Shown here one piece after another: positions 24,501 through 36,563 of a stretch of DNA of 64,000 bases (position 1 is the first letter of the stretch; every line of letters starts with the position of its first letter). The notes beneath the pieces are model-generated. The model made no database searches and had not been told where the DNA came from. It worked only from the letters and a program-made list of their open reading frames with translations. The stretch covers positions 161,665-225,664 of the forward strand of contig LODT01000034.1 in NCBI GenBank assembly GCA_001606155.1. The letters run 5' to 3'. The DNA comes from Tieghemostelium lacteum (taxonomy: Eukaryota). The position numbers and the translations under genes were made by a program.

Positions 24501-27500
24501 TAACTGGAATTTCTTTATAACTAAACATCGGATGAGATTCAATAATAGCAATCTACAATGTTCATGAACATGTTGATGATTGTAATATAATCCCAAGAAT
24601 ATCAACTGTAATAACGATGGTAAATGTATACGAAACTCTTCACCAATTTCAAAAGCAACTTCACTGAGGAATATAAGTGGTAACTGTGATCTATTAAGTG
24701 ACGACTTCAAAGCAGGATTAGCATTATGAAGTTCAGTTGCAATTTGAAATTCATGTGAGATACTTGAAATGGTATTATAATGTACATATTCATGACCTCC
24801 TCCTCCACTACCAGCACCACTTGGTGGGCCCATCTGTGGGTTCAACTGATTTTGTGGACTACTTTGATTACTATTAGGCAATCTATTAAATTTAATTGAA
24901 TTTTGAGCTTTACTCAGAGTCTTGATATCACCATAATCAATGAGAGTCTGTTGAGTTTCAGTGGTTGTAGAACTAATTTCATTTACCAGACAATTAATGA
25001 GTTTCTGTGGAGATGATCTTCCAAGGAATATACAAATTCTCTTAAACACTGGAATGAGATCATGGTTTCTAGTTCTCTCTACAATTCCCAAGATAAACTC
25101 AATAATCACACCGATGTTCTCTTCATTTCTTCCGAGAATTCTCCAAATGTCTTCAATGAGATGACTGTGATTATCAGAGTATTTTCTACTGATTAAAATC
25201 AGTCCTTGTAATACTGGTTCCAGCAGAGGATGTTTAGGAGCCTTGTTAGATAGATGCATTTGTTTGACCCAAGGTTTAACATAGTTCAACATTTGTTTTT
25301 GGTAATCTGGTTGAATGACTTCTAATCTATAGACAATGTCCAGGAATATCTCGTAACATAACTCAGGGTTCTCCAAAGACAGTTTCTCACTGAGTTGGTA
25401 TTGACTATTGATATAAGTCTCTGGAATATCAGATCCAATAGCACTAGGATAATAGGTGTCATTGTAAGCCTCTGGTGGATTGGATTTAGTGGACTTGATC
25501 AAACTTAGCAATTGTAAAGACTGTTGTCTTACAGATGATAATCTAGAGCCGGTATTGAGAATGATGAGGTTTGTCATGATGGAATCTGAATACTCAAATT
25601 TAAGTATCTGGTCTTGAGAGAGTTCAACCAATGATAAAAAGTATCCATTTGCAACGTGGAAGTTGGTAGAATAACACTGGTTGACACAATGGTAGATTAG
25701 CTCCTGATGAGTTAGATTATGTTTGAGGAAGTTCTCTAAAGCCAGTCTAGTCACAGATCTCATTTTGGTACGTAACTGGAACATGTTGTTAATCCACTGG
25801 AAAATGACTCCAGAAGGGTCTCTAAAGGTATCAATAAAGTAAGGCCCTAGTAAAGTAGCACTGACAGCATGAGTGGCAACACTGGCTAGTTGTGAGGCAT
25901 GTTCTTGAGTTCTATATTCAATGTCTTTTCTCTTTTGAGCTTCTTTCTCTTCTTGTTGTGAAAATGAGATAAATCTTCGAATGGTACCATCTTCTCTCAG
26001 GAATTCTTCAGATTCCGACCACTTACTGAAACATTTAAACAGTTCACGTCTATGTATTTTATCTAGAAATTCATGGCCACCCAAATACAGCTGTTGGACA
26101 ATTCTATGTATCATGGCACAGAAATTGAATCTAATGTAATGTAGACCATCCCAGAGATACTCATTCGACTCAAAAGTCTGGAGGAATGATAAAATCTCTT
26201 GAATGAATTCAAAGTAGCTCTTTTTGAGCATTTCTCTTCGAACTAGTTCACCATGTCTAAGAGACTCCAAACAATGTCTACGAATGCCTATAACAGATTT
26301 AATGATATCCGATTTCTTTTTGGATGTCTTCTTGTTGTGTAACTCATGTTCAAAAGGTTTCAAAACATCAAAGAGAACCTCGAGAACATTTGGGTTGGTC
26401 TTCTCCAATGCCATCAATGCAGATTCTGCAAAGAATTTATCCATACTCTTGAGATAGGGTATAATGAGATTGAATAGCTCTCTAGCGGAAGAGGGTGCTA
26501 ACATCTCCAGTAAATCACTCTGTGAAGATGACCCACCACTAAGAGCTGGAGGGTACCCCAGCTGAGCTTGTTTAACTAATCTTGATTTAACATCCACACT
26601 AGTACTATCAGGAATCTGTATAGTTATACAAGAGAAAACTATATAGTTCCTCCACAGTACCCATAAAGCCTCTTGTTCTGGTGATATTGATGACTGATTC
26701 TTTACAGATTCGTCTGGTTGAATAGGCTTTATACGCAGCAGTATAAGTTCACTAGCCTTATGTATAGACATTGGACATAGCTCACAAGCAGTCTTGGTAA
26801 TATCAGCCAAACAAGCTGTCCATAGAATCTGGTCTTCCCTAGACTCACTTTCAAGTATTCTTTCAAAATCTTGAGGTGATCTCTGACGTTTATAAAACTT
26901 ATTAGTATCAGGATTCTGGTTTTGCTGTATCTGTTGTTGACCAGGTTGATTTCCTCCATTAGGCATCTGCTGTTGCTGTTGTTGTTGTTGAGATGATAAA
27001 AAGAAGTTTTGTGCACGGTATAGATAATCATTACCATTCTCGTCTATAATGTCCTTGATATATGTTGAAATCTCGATATCCTCATCACCAGCCTGCACTC
27101 TAGCCTGAATAAACGACTCGCAAACAGTTCGAATAGACTCCAAAATCGATAGACATATTTTTCTTACACGTCCAGAAGATGAACATAAAAACACAATAGC
27201 AACAGGTTCGACTTGAGCACGATCTGGTGGATTGACATCCGATGTGTCCTGTTTGAATTTAGGTTCATCTGCGTCCTCTATAGAAGATAGTGAAAATTTT
27301 CCATTTTTTGATCGAGCCCAGCTATCTAGGAGTTCACGAAGTTTCTCAAGAATCACACTGATGAGAGCAGGTTGTTTGTCGTGTAGAGTTGTGAGAACAT
27401 TTCTTCCAAGACCATTGATGATCTGTGACCGGATATCAGGACGACTTGCCATCAACTGGGTCAATACTATACTTGATTTCTCACAAACCCCTCTGTCTAA

Positions 27501-29773
27501 GTGAATGAGTTGTTTAGACAGCATGGTTACCAAATCATGCACAGGAATTCTCAGAGGGAATGCAATGGGGATTACAGATATCGCAATCTTGAGAAGATCC
27601 AAACAGCTGTTACCAGGTGGACGTGCTTTCTCTAAAAGTTCATTCAAGGATTTTGTCTGATTACTTGTTAACATGCTTCCAAAAGTTGGATCGAGAGCCA
27701 GTAAGATGGAACTCAGGAAATTACTAATGTTCTTGAGGTAGGGTTCAATCAGTGATGTTGATGTCACTTTCTTGATATTCAACGTTCCATAACGTTGTCT
27801 TCGAACTGCACGTGCCTTGTTAGAGCTGTTTACTACAGGATCGGGTATAGGGGATGTTGAAGGACTTTGTGATGGAGAATGAGTAAAAGACAGCATTTTA
27901 GGAGTCAGAGGATTGGTTCCAGCCTGATCAATAAGCATCACAGCTCTCAACCCTATAATCATTCTCTCTGGGTTAGTTATATACTCTTTAGGCTCACCAC
28001 CTCTAAGTAACTCAAAAATGATCTTTTCAAAGGCAAAATCAATTCTAGTATTAGCAATGACACATATTATATCAACAAATATATCTAAACTATCTGAAGC
28101 TGATAAAGTCAATCTCTTACTGTGTCCAGGTGGAAACACATAGCTAACCAATTGATGCAATCTTTCGTATACCTCTTCAGGCTGTTCAGAATACTTTGTC
28201 AAATAACACTCCAACAAATATTGCACAGATTCCAAACAATAAGGTCTAATTGTCTTCTCCTTATTCTTTAAGAAACTCTCCATCAAACCCCAATAATACT
28301 TTAAAAATGTTTCTTTATCACTACAACACAATAGTATAGACATTAATGGATATGATGTCTATTCATTAAAAATCAGAGTTAATAATAATCCAAGATTTTT
28401 TATCATTGTAGTAGCTCTACATACAATCATATTTCTAGTCTTTTTCGTCTTTTTTGATATAATGTCATAGAGTTCTCTAATAGTTCCTAACCAATCTGTA
28501 TAGTTTAATTCTGGTTTAAATTTCTCTTCAGTTAATGGTCTTAAAATAGATGCTAAAATCTCAGCAGTTGCCCTTCTAAGATCACCTTTAATTCTAGGAT
28601 TTTTAAATAATTCCAAATAACTAGCTAAAAATTCATGTGATTGTTTTAGTTTAGAGACTGATGATATCTATATTAAATGAAATGTAAATAATCAAAGTGT
28701 GGATATGATTGGGAATGAGTGGTGATAACCTTACTTTAACTTTAAAATATCTTATACCTTGTAGAATTGGAAATGTTTTTGATTTTAAATTTGAAGAGGA
28801 GAAACATAATTGAAATTCTTTAAAGAAACGTGATGACAAACTTTTAAGTCTGTATTTTGAGAGTTGTCCCAAGATACTAGCACACAGATCAGGAATGATC
28901 AGTGGTGAACTATTTCCAAGACGTCTCTCTAATTTAAAATTATCAAAACAAATTGATTCAATCTGATTGGCAATGGTATCATTGAGATTCTCTTTTGTTA
29001 GTGATCCCAATATGCTTAATAATGATGTACAAAGTATATATTCTACAATTAATTTATATCTTTCATCTACCATTGGTGTTATATCCCTTTTAGTATTTAT
29101 ATCGTCCCTATAAGATTTATATTAAATTTAGATATATAAAAAAAAATGTTAGATATATCTTAGATTTAGATCGGAACTGATGTGTTATTAATACAAACAT
29201 TTTTGGTTTTGATATTGATTTTGCAGGTATAACATGTTGAGAAGATCTCCATTGAAGTAGAGCTGCTGCTATTAGGTTTAGAAAGTATTTTGAGACTTCA
29301 GTTAGACCTTCAATGACTTGATGAAATGTTTTTGATTCAGGTCCTTCAAAGAAATCCTCTATTCTAATCTTATCATCACGAATGAAAATATCAATTTTCA
29401 CTTTTGTATGATCTTTAAAGTCACCTAGTAGTTTAAACATTATATGATCAGCAGGTAGAACCTTTACATTCATACCTAAATTACTGCTACTACTATGACC
29501 ACTATTATGTATCTGTTGTTGTGATTGTACTTGATGATGATGATGATGAAGAAGTGTTGATGCAGAACTAGTTGTACTACTACTGCCACTAGATACAACT
29601 GAGACACTGGATACATTACTAGATATCAAATTTGTACTTCCACCACCTCCAACCTGTGTACTAGATACAGCAGTACTACTCATACTGCTACTGTTGATTG
29701 GATTGTTGGAAGAAGAGTCCATTGATGATGAATCACCACTTCCATTACTTCCAGTTCTTCCTCTAACCATCAT
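21570..29773 (-). CDS. Furry (FRY/Tao3/Mor2) homolog, a giant HEAT/ARM-repeat cell-morphogenesis scaffold of about 2659 aa. Exons 29773..29199, 29107..28735, 28667..28425, 28358..21570
   Basis: Furry-domain matches include ..FHQVIEGLTEVSKYFLNLIAAALLQWR, TSYPLMSILLCCSDKE (cf. ALYPLVTCLLCVSQKQ), TRIDFAFEKIIFELL, NPERMIIGLRA, YYQLSEKLSLENPELCYEIF and HVHEHCRLLLLNLI. Introns 2 and 3 (67 and 66 nt) have GTAAGG/GTATGT donors. Intron 1 (91 nt) requires a phase-2 donor, with a GTTTGT candidate at 29198, and is less certain. Confidence 0.75.
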
Positions 29774-30706
29774 TTTGGTTACCTCTTGTGAATTCTATAT
29801 TTTAATTCTATTGAAATCTTAAAACGTTTTAATACTACTATAATTACTATTACAAGTTATAAATATATATATATATAAGGTGTATATTTAAATAAACCAC
29901 ACAGTTCAGTCAAGAAAATTAATTTCTTTTCTGGTTTTTTTTTTTTGACTGTGTGTTCTTTTGTGTGAGTGTAATAACTAAATCAATTTTGGAACTGATT
30001 CAATCAATACCACCTTTGTGTTTGAAAATGAATATCTTTTGAAAATGAATATCTTGAAAAAAAATTAAAATTAAAAAAAAGAAATAAATCCAATTATTTC
30101 TAAGGTTGCAATTTTATTATAAAAACTAAGTTTTTTCATTTTTTTTATAATTCCTCTTAGTTCTGTAGTTTATTTGATTTTTGGAACGAACATCAAAATT
30201 TTAGTTTACAATTTGAACATTTAGTTTTTCATTTTATTTGAAATTTAAATTTCTGATAATTTCAAAAAAAAAACAATATTATAACCCAACTCTTTAAAGG
30301 TTAAATAAAAAAATATCTATTATTAACACTGAAATGAACCTCCTACTTGATTTTAAATTAAAAGTCAATTTCATTAATTAACTTTGATAAGATTTCAATT
30401 ACATTGTGTATTACCAATGAATCTTTGAAAATATTTTTAGAATTTTGTGGTAGTTTATACCAAGATCAGTAAGGGGGGTTAGTGTGTGTGCTTATTGTGG
30501 GGTGGGGTATATATTGGTGTTGATTGTAAAATTACACATATTTAAATCAAAAAAATTTTTCATTATTAATTATCATATACAATAATAGTATTCCAATCTA
30601 TTGTAGATAACCTATTAACTATTTAAAGGTAAATATCATTATTATAATATATATATATTTATAACAAATTAATATATATTAATTTCTTATATTCTAAAGA
30701 AGAAAG

Positions 30707-31240
30707 ATGACATCAGTACCAAAAGCAAATTATTATACATCCGATGGATTATTGGCTTTGGAAACTCCATATAAAGGTCCATTGACATCTATTGAGTTAT
30801 CTCAATATAGAATATTTTATCGTGATGTTTTAGATGCTAATCTTACACAATCTATCGAACTTAATGATTTAAAGGCATTTTTTACTAAAAAAGGATGTAC
30901 AAAGACTGACCAACAAATTCAAGATTTTATAAACCAAGTAGACACTGCTAAAAAGACTAGTATATGTTATACACATTTCCTACAAGCTGTGGTTGATTTT
31001 AAAAATAATTTGAGTACTCAACCACTCACTTGGAAATATATATTAAATGGTGTATATATTGATAGAGTATCTGCAATCAATCAATTGGCAGTTACCATTC
31101 GTCAACAATACGATTTATTAGCAACACAATGTTCAACATCAACAGCTGCAAATCAAAATCAAATTCAACTAGATGCCGCCAATTTTGCATCCCAATATGA
31201 ACAACTTACAGGCATAAAATTACCTGCAATTCAATGCTAA
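30707..31240 (+). CDS. Hypothetical 177-aa protein with two degenerate EF-hand-like helix-loop-helix units
   Basis: Clean ORF with ATG 30707 in an A-rich context. LDANLTQSIELNDLKAFF and VDTAKKTSICYTHFLQAV are loop-like but non-canonical. Confidence 0.45.
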   Translation: MTSVPKANYYTSDGLLALETPYKGPLTSIELSQYRIFYRDVLDANLTQSIELNDLKAFFTKKGCTKTDQQIQDFINQVDTAKKTSICYTHFLQAVVDFKNNLSTQPLTWKYILNGVYIDRVSAINQLAVTIRQQYDLLATQCSTSTAANQNQIQLDAANFASQYEQLTGIKLPAIQC

Positions 31241-31377
31241 TATTATATATAAACCATTTCAAAGAATATCCATTTATTTGTAAATAAATTAATTTATACA
31301 TTTTATAATAAAATACCAAATCTGAATAATTACTTTTAATTGAAATATATACTTTTATTTTAAAAAAAAGTGTTGAT

Positions 31378-32625
31378 TTAGAAACCATATAATAAACATT
31401 TTAGTAAATATATACCCAATATGAATAATAAAAATAGATAAAATGGATTGAAAATGTACAATTCCAAAGGCTCAAATGCAAAGACTGCTTTTTGTCTTTT
31501 GATTTCAGTGACTTGGATAGGTGGGATGAATTCTCTTGGTCCATAGACAGTATAACGAGTACCGGCTTTACGTTTTATACTTCTCATTGCATTACCAATA
31601 CCTGGAACCATTTCTTCAAAATCCTCATTAACAGCACAATAGATCGAATCTTCAGGCGAGAGTACACGAATCTCTTCAATTCTACTGACAGATTCCATAG
31701 GTTTAGTAAAGAATTTGGCAGGTCCTTTAATAAGCTTCTTATCTCCAATTTGAGAGACACCTTGTTCATTCATGGGATTGGATAATATACAAAACTCACG
31801 ATGTGTGAGTACGGTAAGTGGAACCACTTTCTCAATGGTTACACTTGGTGGTGGGATATACAATGTAGTATCCTCATCGGTTAGTAACCACATTTCATTC
31901 TTTTTTCTCTCTACACCATTATCATTAAACTTTTGATTGGCTTTGATAATGACTGCAGTTTTAAAATCTAAAACTACTGGATCAACAGTTTCCAGTAACT
32001 TCTCATAGGCATCTAAAATATATGGACCCTCTTTGTCCATTAACCATTCATCACCAGTTTTTCTGTTAACTTTAAACACCTTGTCAACAAACTCATTCTT
32101 TGCCTTCAATTTCAGTGCTTGATGTGGTTTTACAATGATTGAACTTCTTTTTTCAATAATCTTCTCTTCTATTCTTGGTACATAGGTGGCAGGACCTGAA
32201 AACAACCATTCATCACCTGCCTTTCTCTCGACTTTGTGTAAATCACAATAGAAATCAAAGAGAGCTTTAATGACAAATGCTTCGCCATTGACCAGTATCT
32301 CTAATTGCTTGAAATCACCAAGCATAGTTTCACCAGGATACAGTGGAAATGGATCCTGTTCAAATCTAATCTCTTTTTGTCCTCTCTTTAATTTAGCTTG
32401 ATTATAATCATCCATTACAATCTTTCCAGTCTTATCTTTAATCACTGGATTTTCAATAATTGCATAAAAGTTTCTTGGTATCATGTGCATCTTTGTTGGT
32501 TGTAATGTAATCTTTTCATGTTCTTTTGGTAAAAATGTTGAAGGACCTGTAATAGTTCTACAAATATTGGTATTGGTATCCAAAATGTGAATATAATGAT
32601 ATGGTGGTATTTTGGTTAATGACAT
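31378..32625 (-). CDS. Major vault protein (MVP)-like truncated paralog of 415 aa. It covers the N-terminal MVP repeat domains (about repeats 1-7) only and ends in a hydrophobic tail, with no shoulder, cap-helix or cap-ring
   Basis: MSLTKIPPYHYIHILDTNTN..GP matches the MVP N-terminus (IPPYHYIHVLD). Repeated AGDEWL/TGDEWL MVP-repeat motifs. ATG at 32625, where the track's 32637 is TTG. The ORF ends ..ELYIFNPFYLFLLFILGIYLLKCLLYGF*. No further MVP-like coding downstream. Confidence 0.7.
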   Translation of the reverse strand: MSLTKIPPYHYIHILDTNTNICRTITGPSTFLPKEHEKITLQPTKMHMIPRNFYAIIENPVIKDKTGKIVMDDYNQAKLKRGQKEIRFEQDPFPLYPGETMLGDFKQLEILVNGEAFVIKALFDFYCDLHKVERKAGDEWLFSGPATYVPRIEEKIIEKRSSIIVKPHQALKLKAKNEFVDKVFKVNRKTGDEWLMDKEGPYILDAYEKLLETVDPVVLDFKTAVIIKANQKFNDNGVERKKNEMWLLTDEDTTLYIPPPSVTIEKVVPLTVLTHREFCILSNPMNEQGVSQIGDKKLIKGPAKFFTKPMESVSRIEEIRVLSPEDSIYCAVNEDFEEMVPGIGNAMRSIKRKAGTRYTVYGPREFIPPIQVTEIKRQKAVFAFEPLELYIFNPFYLFLLFILGIYLLKCLLYGF

Positions 32626-33173
32626 TTTATAAATCAATAATAAAGGTCTTAATCAATGTTAAAGTCTAATAATTTAGGTTATTTAGTACTAAATAAAAAT
32701 AATTCAAATAATGCAATTGTTCAAATAAAAGATATATACAAATAAAATAGTTATTAATTAATAACTAACCAAAATGAAGTAAAAAAATTTACATCAAAAT
32801 GACCTTTGGTGATTCATTTTCTCTTAAAAAAATCTGAGAAAATATTTGAAAAATTCAAATTATTGGAATTTTCATATCATTTATCTCTATGATTACTTTT
32901 TTGTAAAAACAACTTGTTTTATTGAATTCTACGCTTTTATATTCTTGTATTAGTTATTTTAAATTTATTCAAATAAACTATTGAATAAAAAAAAAAAAAA
33001 GATTCATATTATCTTTTAGATTTGTATAAAAATTTTTCTTGATAAAGAAAATGTGTGTTATTTAAAAACTTAATAATTGTTATACAAATTTAGTGTTTTT
33101 TTAATTTGATAAAAATGAAATAGTAAATTAAAATTTTCTTTGTCTTTTATATTATATACTTTAAATATAAATA

Positions 33174-33590
33174 ATGGGAGCAGGAGTAGAAGAACCAGTA
33201 TCATCAGTTTATGATAACAATAATAACAATACCTTTGGATATCCAATCCATGACAAAGGACTAAAAGAAATTCGTATTTTGAAAAAAGTAGGATTTCTTA
33301 AACCATTTGATCCAATTTGTCCAACAGATATCCATCAAATTATTTCTCCACATGAATATGAAAAATTTATCTATTCAATTAATGCCACTATGAATGGTGG
33401 TATTTGGACACTGTTGTGTTGTATGGCCATGTCAATAGGCTCTATTCCATTCCTATTTGTTTCCACTATTGTCTCTATGGCTGCACTTATCGGGTGTCTT
33501 GTTACTGTAGTTTTAGTAATGATGCTAATGTGTTTTATTCATTTATTTTTCAGACGTCCAAAAAAGGGTAATTTTCTATTAAATATTTAA
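33174..33590 (+). CDS. Small membrane protein of 138 aa with an N-terminal MGxG (possible myristoylation) and a C-terminal two-helix hairpin with a Cys cluster
   Basis: ORF with ATG 33174. Hydrophobic segments WTLLCCMAMSIGSIPFLFV and MAALIGCLVTVVLVMMLMCFIHLFF. Confidence 0.45.
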   Translation: MGAGVEEPVSSVYDNNNNNTFGYPIHDKGLKEIRILKKVGFLKPFDPICPTDIHQIISPHEYEKFIYSINATMNGGIWTLLCCMAMSIGSIPFLFVSTIVSMAALIGCLVTVVLVMMLMCFIHLFFRRPKKGNFLLNI

Positions 33591-34120
33591 CCACAGCACA
33601 ATAATATTTATATTAATATAATATCATTCATAAACAGGATACAATAATTTATGATAAAGTTATAGCTTTTAACAATTCACTAAGTTCAAAATTCAAACCA
33701 ATTCAATTCTTTATAATTCACATTGATAGAAAAAACTTTGATATTCTCGTCAGATACAGAACTGATGGTGAACCATTTGTTTATGAAAACCAATTAAATA
33801 CATCAAGAGTATTTTTAGTATAAGCTCTCCACATTAATCCAAACTCTCTACACTCTTTCATATTTTAGTAATTGTCGACCAATCTTTTAATCTAAGATAT
33901 AAATTTCAACAATAAATTATCTTGAAATTATTGTATAATCTATATTTATAATAAAGTAGCAACATTAACAATTAATTGAAATCGCTTTTTTTCATTTTAA
34001 TAATAAATATGTTGACTCTCTGAAAGTTAAACCATTTGACTATGAAAATCAAAAGTATTTATGTGAATAATGTGCTATTATTTTTAATAAAACTATCTTA
34101 ACAAACTGTTAGTGATAATA

Positions 34121-34477
34121 ATGAATATCTATGAAGAAGATTTACAATATAATCAATTTAATCTAGATAAAGAAATTGAAATTATTAGTGATAGGGATAT
34201 TGGATTTTCTAAAGATGCACCTGAGGAATTAAAGCATTTAATTTCACCCAAAGATTATAGAAAACTAATAAAATCATTAGAAGATATCGACAATATTTGG
34301 ATACTAATGATTCTATTGAATTTCTTTTTTATATCCTTTATCATTGCTGGTGTTATACTATTACTAGAGAAATTCTTTGTTGTCTCTACAGTTGTTGGTG
34401 GTATTGGTGTATTTGGTTTCATTTTATGTTGGTTACTAGTGTGGCATATTGAAGATAAAATAGTATGTATATTATAA
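34121..34477 (+). CDS. Paralog of the 33174..33590 product (118 aa), with the same ISPxxYxKxI motif followed by a 2-TM hairpin
   Basis: ISPKDYRKLIKSLEDI compared with ISPHEYEKFIYSINAT. ATG at 34121, where the track start 34112 is GTG. Confidence 0.4.
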   Translation: MNIYEEDLQYNQFNLDKEIEIISDRDIGFSKDAPEELKHLISPKDYRKLIKSLEDIDNIWILMILLNFFFISFIIAGVILLLEKFFVVSTVVGGIGVFGFILCWLLVWHIEDKIVCIL

Positions 34478-34832
34478 GTTCAAAAAGCTCTAATCCTATA
34501 AACTAATCATTTGTGCAAGGATAAACTAAAAAATGATAGATTAGTTCAATTCAATCTCAAAATGAGGATTAACAATATTCCACTGATAGCAATTTTACGC
34601 AAAATCTATCGTTGTGATGAGAAAGATTATATTTTGGTTTTATCAATAAAATATAATGATTCTATTATTATCCTATAAAAAGATAGAATTGGTTTTGACC
34701 TAACGTAAGCTTGGGAAAAAGACTGATTTTGTGACATCATAAAAAAAATGGCACAATTTTTTAAATAAATTTTAATTTTATCAACCATGTGATTTTAACA
34801 GGCTTATTTTAGTAAAATTCAAAGAGATAACA

Positions 34833-35174
34833 ATGACAAACCATTTAGGAGCATTAAATATATTTTGGGGTATAACATCAATAACTAGCCCATTCTGGGG
34901 CTTTTATTTATTAGTTATTGTGTACATGGCCAATATGAATCAAGATTATAAATTAAGATTTCAAAGAGTGACCATAGCAAGTTTAGTTACATTTCCTATA
35001 GTTGGTGCATACTCATTCATTAAATGGTACTATTTAAAAAACTCAGTCAGAGAATCACTGTATCCATTGATACCAATAGGTACATTTGTACTAGGGTTCT
35101 TAGCCTATGTCAATGATAAACAACCACCAAAACCAAGAAGATATATACATAGAAATACAACATCCTTTATTTAG
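34833..35174 (+). CDS. Hypothetical small multi-pass membrane protein (113 aa)
   Basis: ORF with ATG. Three hydrophobic segments. Confidence 0.3.
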   Translation: MTNHLGALNIFWGITSITSPFWGFYLLVIVYMANMNQDYKLRFQRVTIASLVTFPIVGAYSFIKWYYLKNSVRESLYPLIPIGTFVLGFLAYVNDKQPPKPRRYIHRNTTSFI

Positions 35175-35679
35175 ATTTCTTGTACCAAACATTTAGAGTA
35201 TTCTTTTTTAAGGGAATTTTCAAACTACAATATTTAGAAAACAATCTCCATCTAAGAGATAAGATAATGATTATTGTATCAAACATTTTCCCTTGTATTC
35301 ATTAGGGTACTATTTTCTTAGAGATTTTTCAAGTGTTTTGATTCTTTCATTTAGGTTCTCTTCTTGAATTAACAATTTCTTTCAATCGCATTTTTAAATG
35401 TGTTTTGTAACATGTTAACATTTCGTGTAGTTCTTTTCTTTTTTGAGAGGTTTCATAGAACTTTATCAGTTTTTGAAACCATTAATGTATTTATCTGACC
35501 TTTCGAGGAACTTAATATGCATGTCAAGTGACTTACGATACTGTTCTACAAATTCAGGTTTATCCAGTCTTTGGTACAAGTCACCTATAAATCTACAAGT
35601 ATCAGCTTCTAATGAAGTGTCAACCACCACTCTTACCCAGTCCTAGGTTTCTTAAATTCAATAAATTTTGTAAAATACT

Positions 35680-36154
35680 CTAAAGATTTTTGAGTATTTC
35701 CATATAAGCTCTACCTAGACCACTGTAACAATGTACAATAGCCATTTTGAAATATATTGACAATGATCCACCATAATCAAATGTCTTGGCCAAAATATCA
35801 GCATGAACCAACAGTAATTGATTTGATAGATTTGTTGATTTCTCACAACATTGATGACCATATACAATCTCTTTTCCTCTGTGATAATGTATATTAGATC
35901 GACCATAAAAACCACCTAAATGCTTTAGAAATTTCATAATGAGCTTTATCAGTTTTCAATTTATCACATTGATCATTGTTAATTCTTTTCAATGTATAAT
36001 ATAATTCCATATAGGTACCATAGTCAACCCATGCACCTATTTCTTTACAGTATTTAACAACAGTAAAATAGTGAAGAACCAATGTACTTTTACCACTACC
36101 TTCATTTCCATTGACATAGGTTATCTGTGATTTCTGTTGTAAAATTTTTAACAA
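35680..36154 (-). pseudogene. Decayed relic of the P-loop NTPase-TPR family found at 40545..42734 and 44570..46690. Frameshifted P-loop and TPR pieces
   Basis: Fragment ITYVNGNEGSGKSTLVLHYFTVV (compare ICYVHGSAYSGKTTLVHYYFSE) and YSGLGRAYMEILKNL (compare LSGLGRSYLELKNY) lie in two different frames 200 bp apart. Confidence 0.5.
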
Positions 36155-36563
36155 TATAATCTAAAAATAACGCAGTTTGTAAAATTAGTCTAACCAGAGG
36201 TACAATAAGAGATATTAAAGGTAATCCACTGGAATTAAATTTGATATTCTATAGCAATGTTAGAAATGGTCATTCTAGTAACTATCAATTTCATCCTGAT
36301 AATTCAATTAAGATTGGAAATAATATATTTTATTTCTCTGAAACCCGATATGATATGAAAGAATATGATCAATTTCATTCGATATTCTTGAATAATGTCA
36401 GAGAACAATTGACATGTGGGCAAGTTAATCTTATCACAATTGATGAAGTTAAATCATTGGTCCCCGAACTCTGATTCCAAATTACCATTTCAATGATGAA
36501 TGTTTTATAAGAGAGGAGTTTGGGTACAGTACAGATAGATATTATCAGATAAAAATTGAAAGA

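Noticed and set aside
21682-27504. Several 60-100 aa plus-strand ORFs inside the Furry region
   Set aside because: Antisense to a well-supported 6.8-kb exon, with no independent signal.
28359-29773. Three separate small minus-strand genes (85, 140 and 218 aa)
   Set aside because: They carry consecutive Furry N-terminal homology and are linked by GT..AG introns with matching phases, so they are exons 1-3 of the Furry homolog.
31206-31388. 60-aa minus-strand ORF downstream of the MVP-like gene
   Set aside because: Checked as a possible continuation exon of MVP. It has no MVP similarity, is AT-rich, and overlaps the 3' end of the plus-strand 30707 gene.
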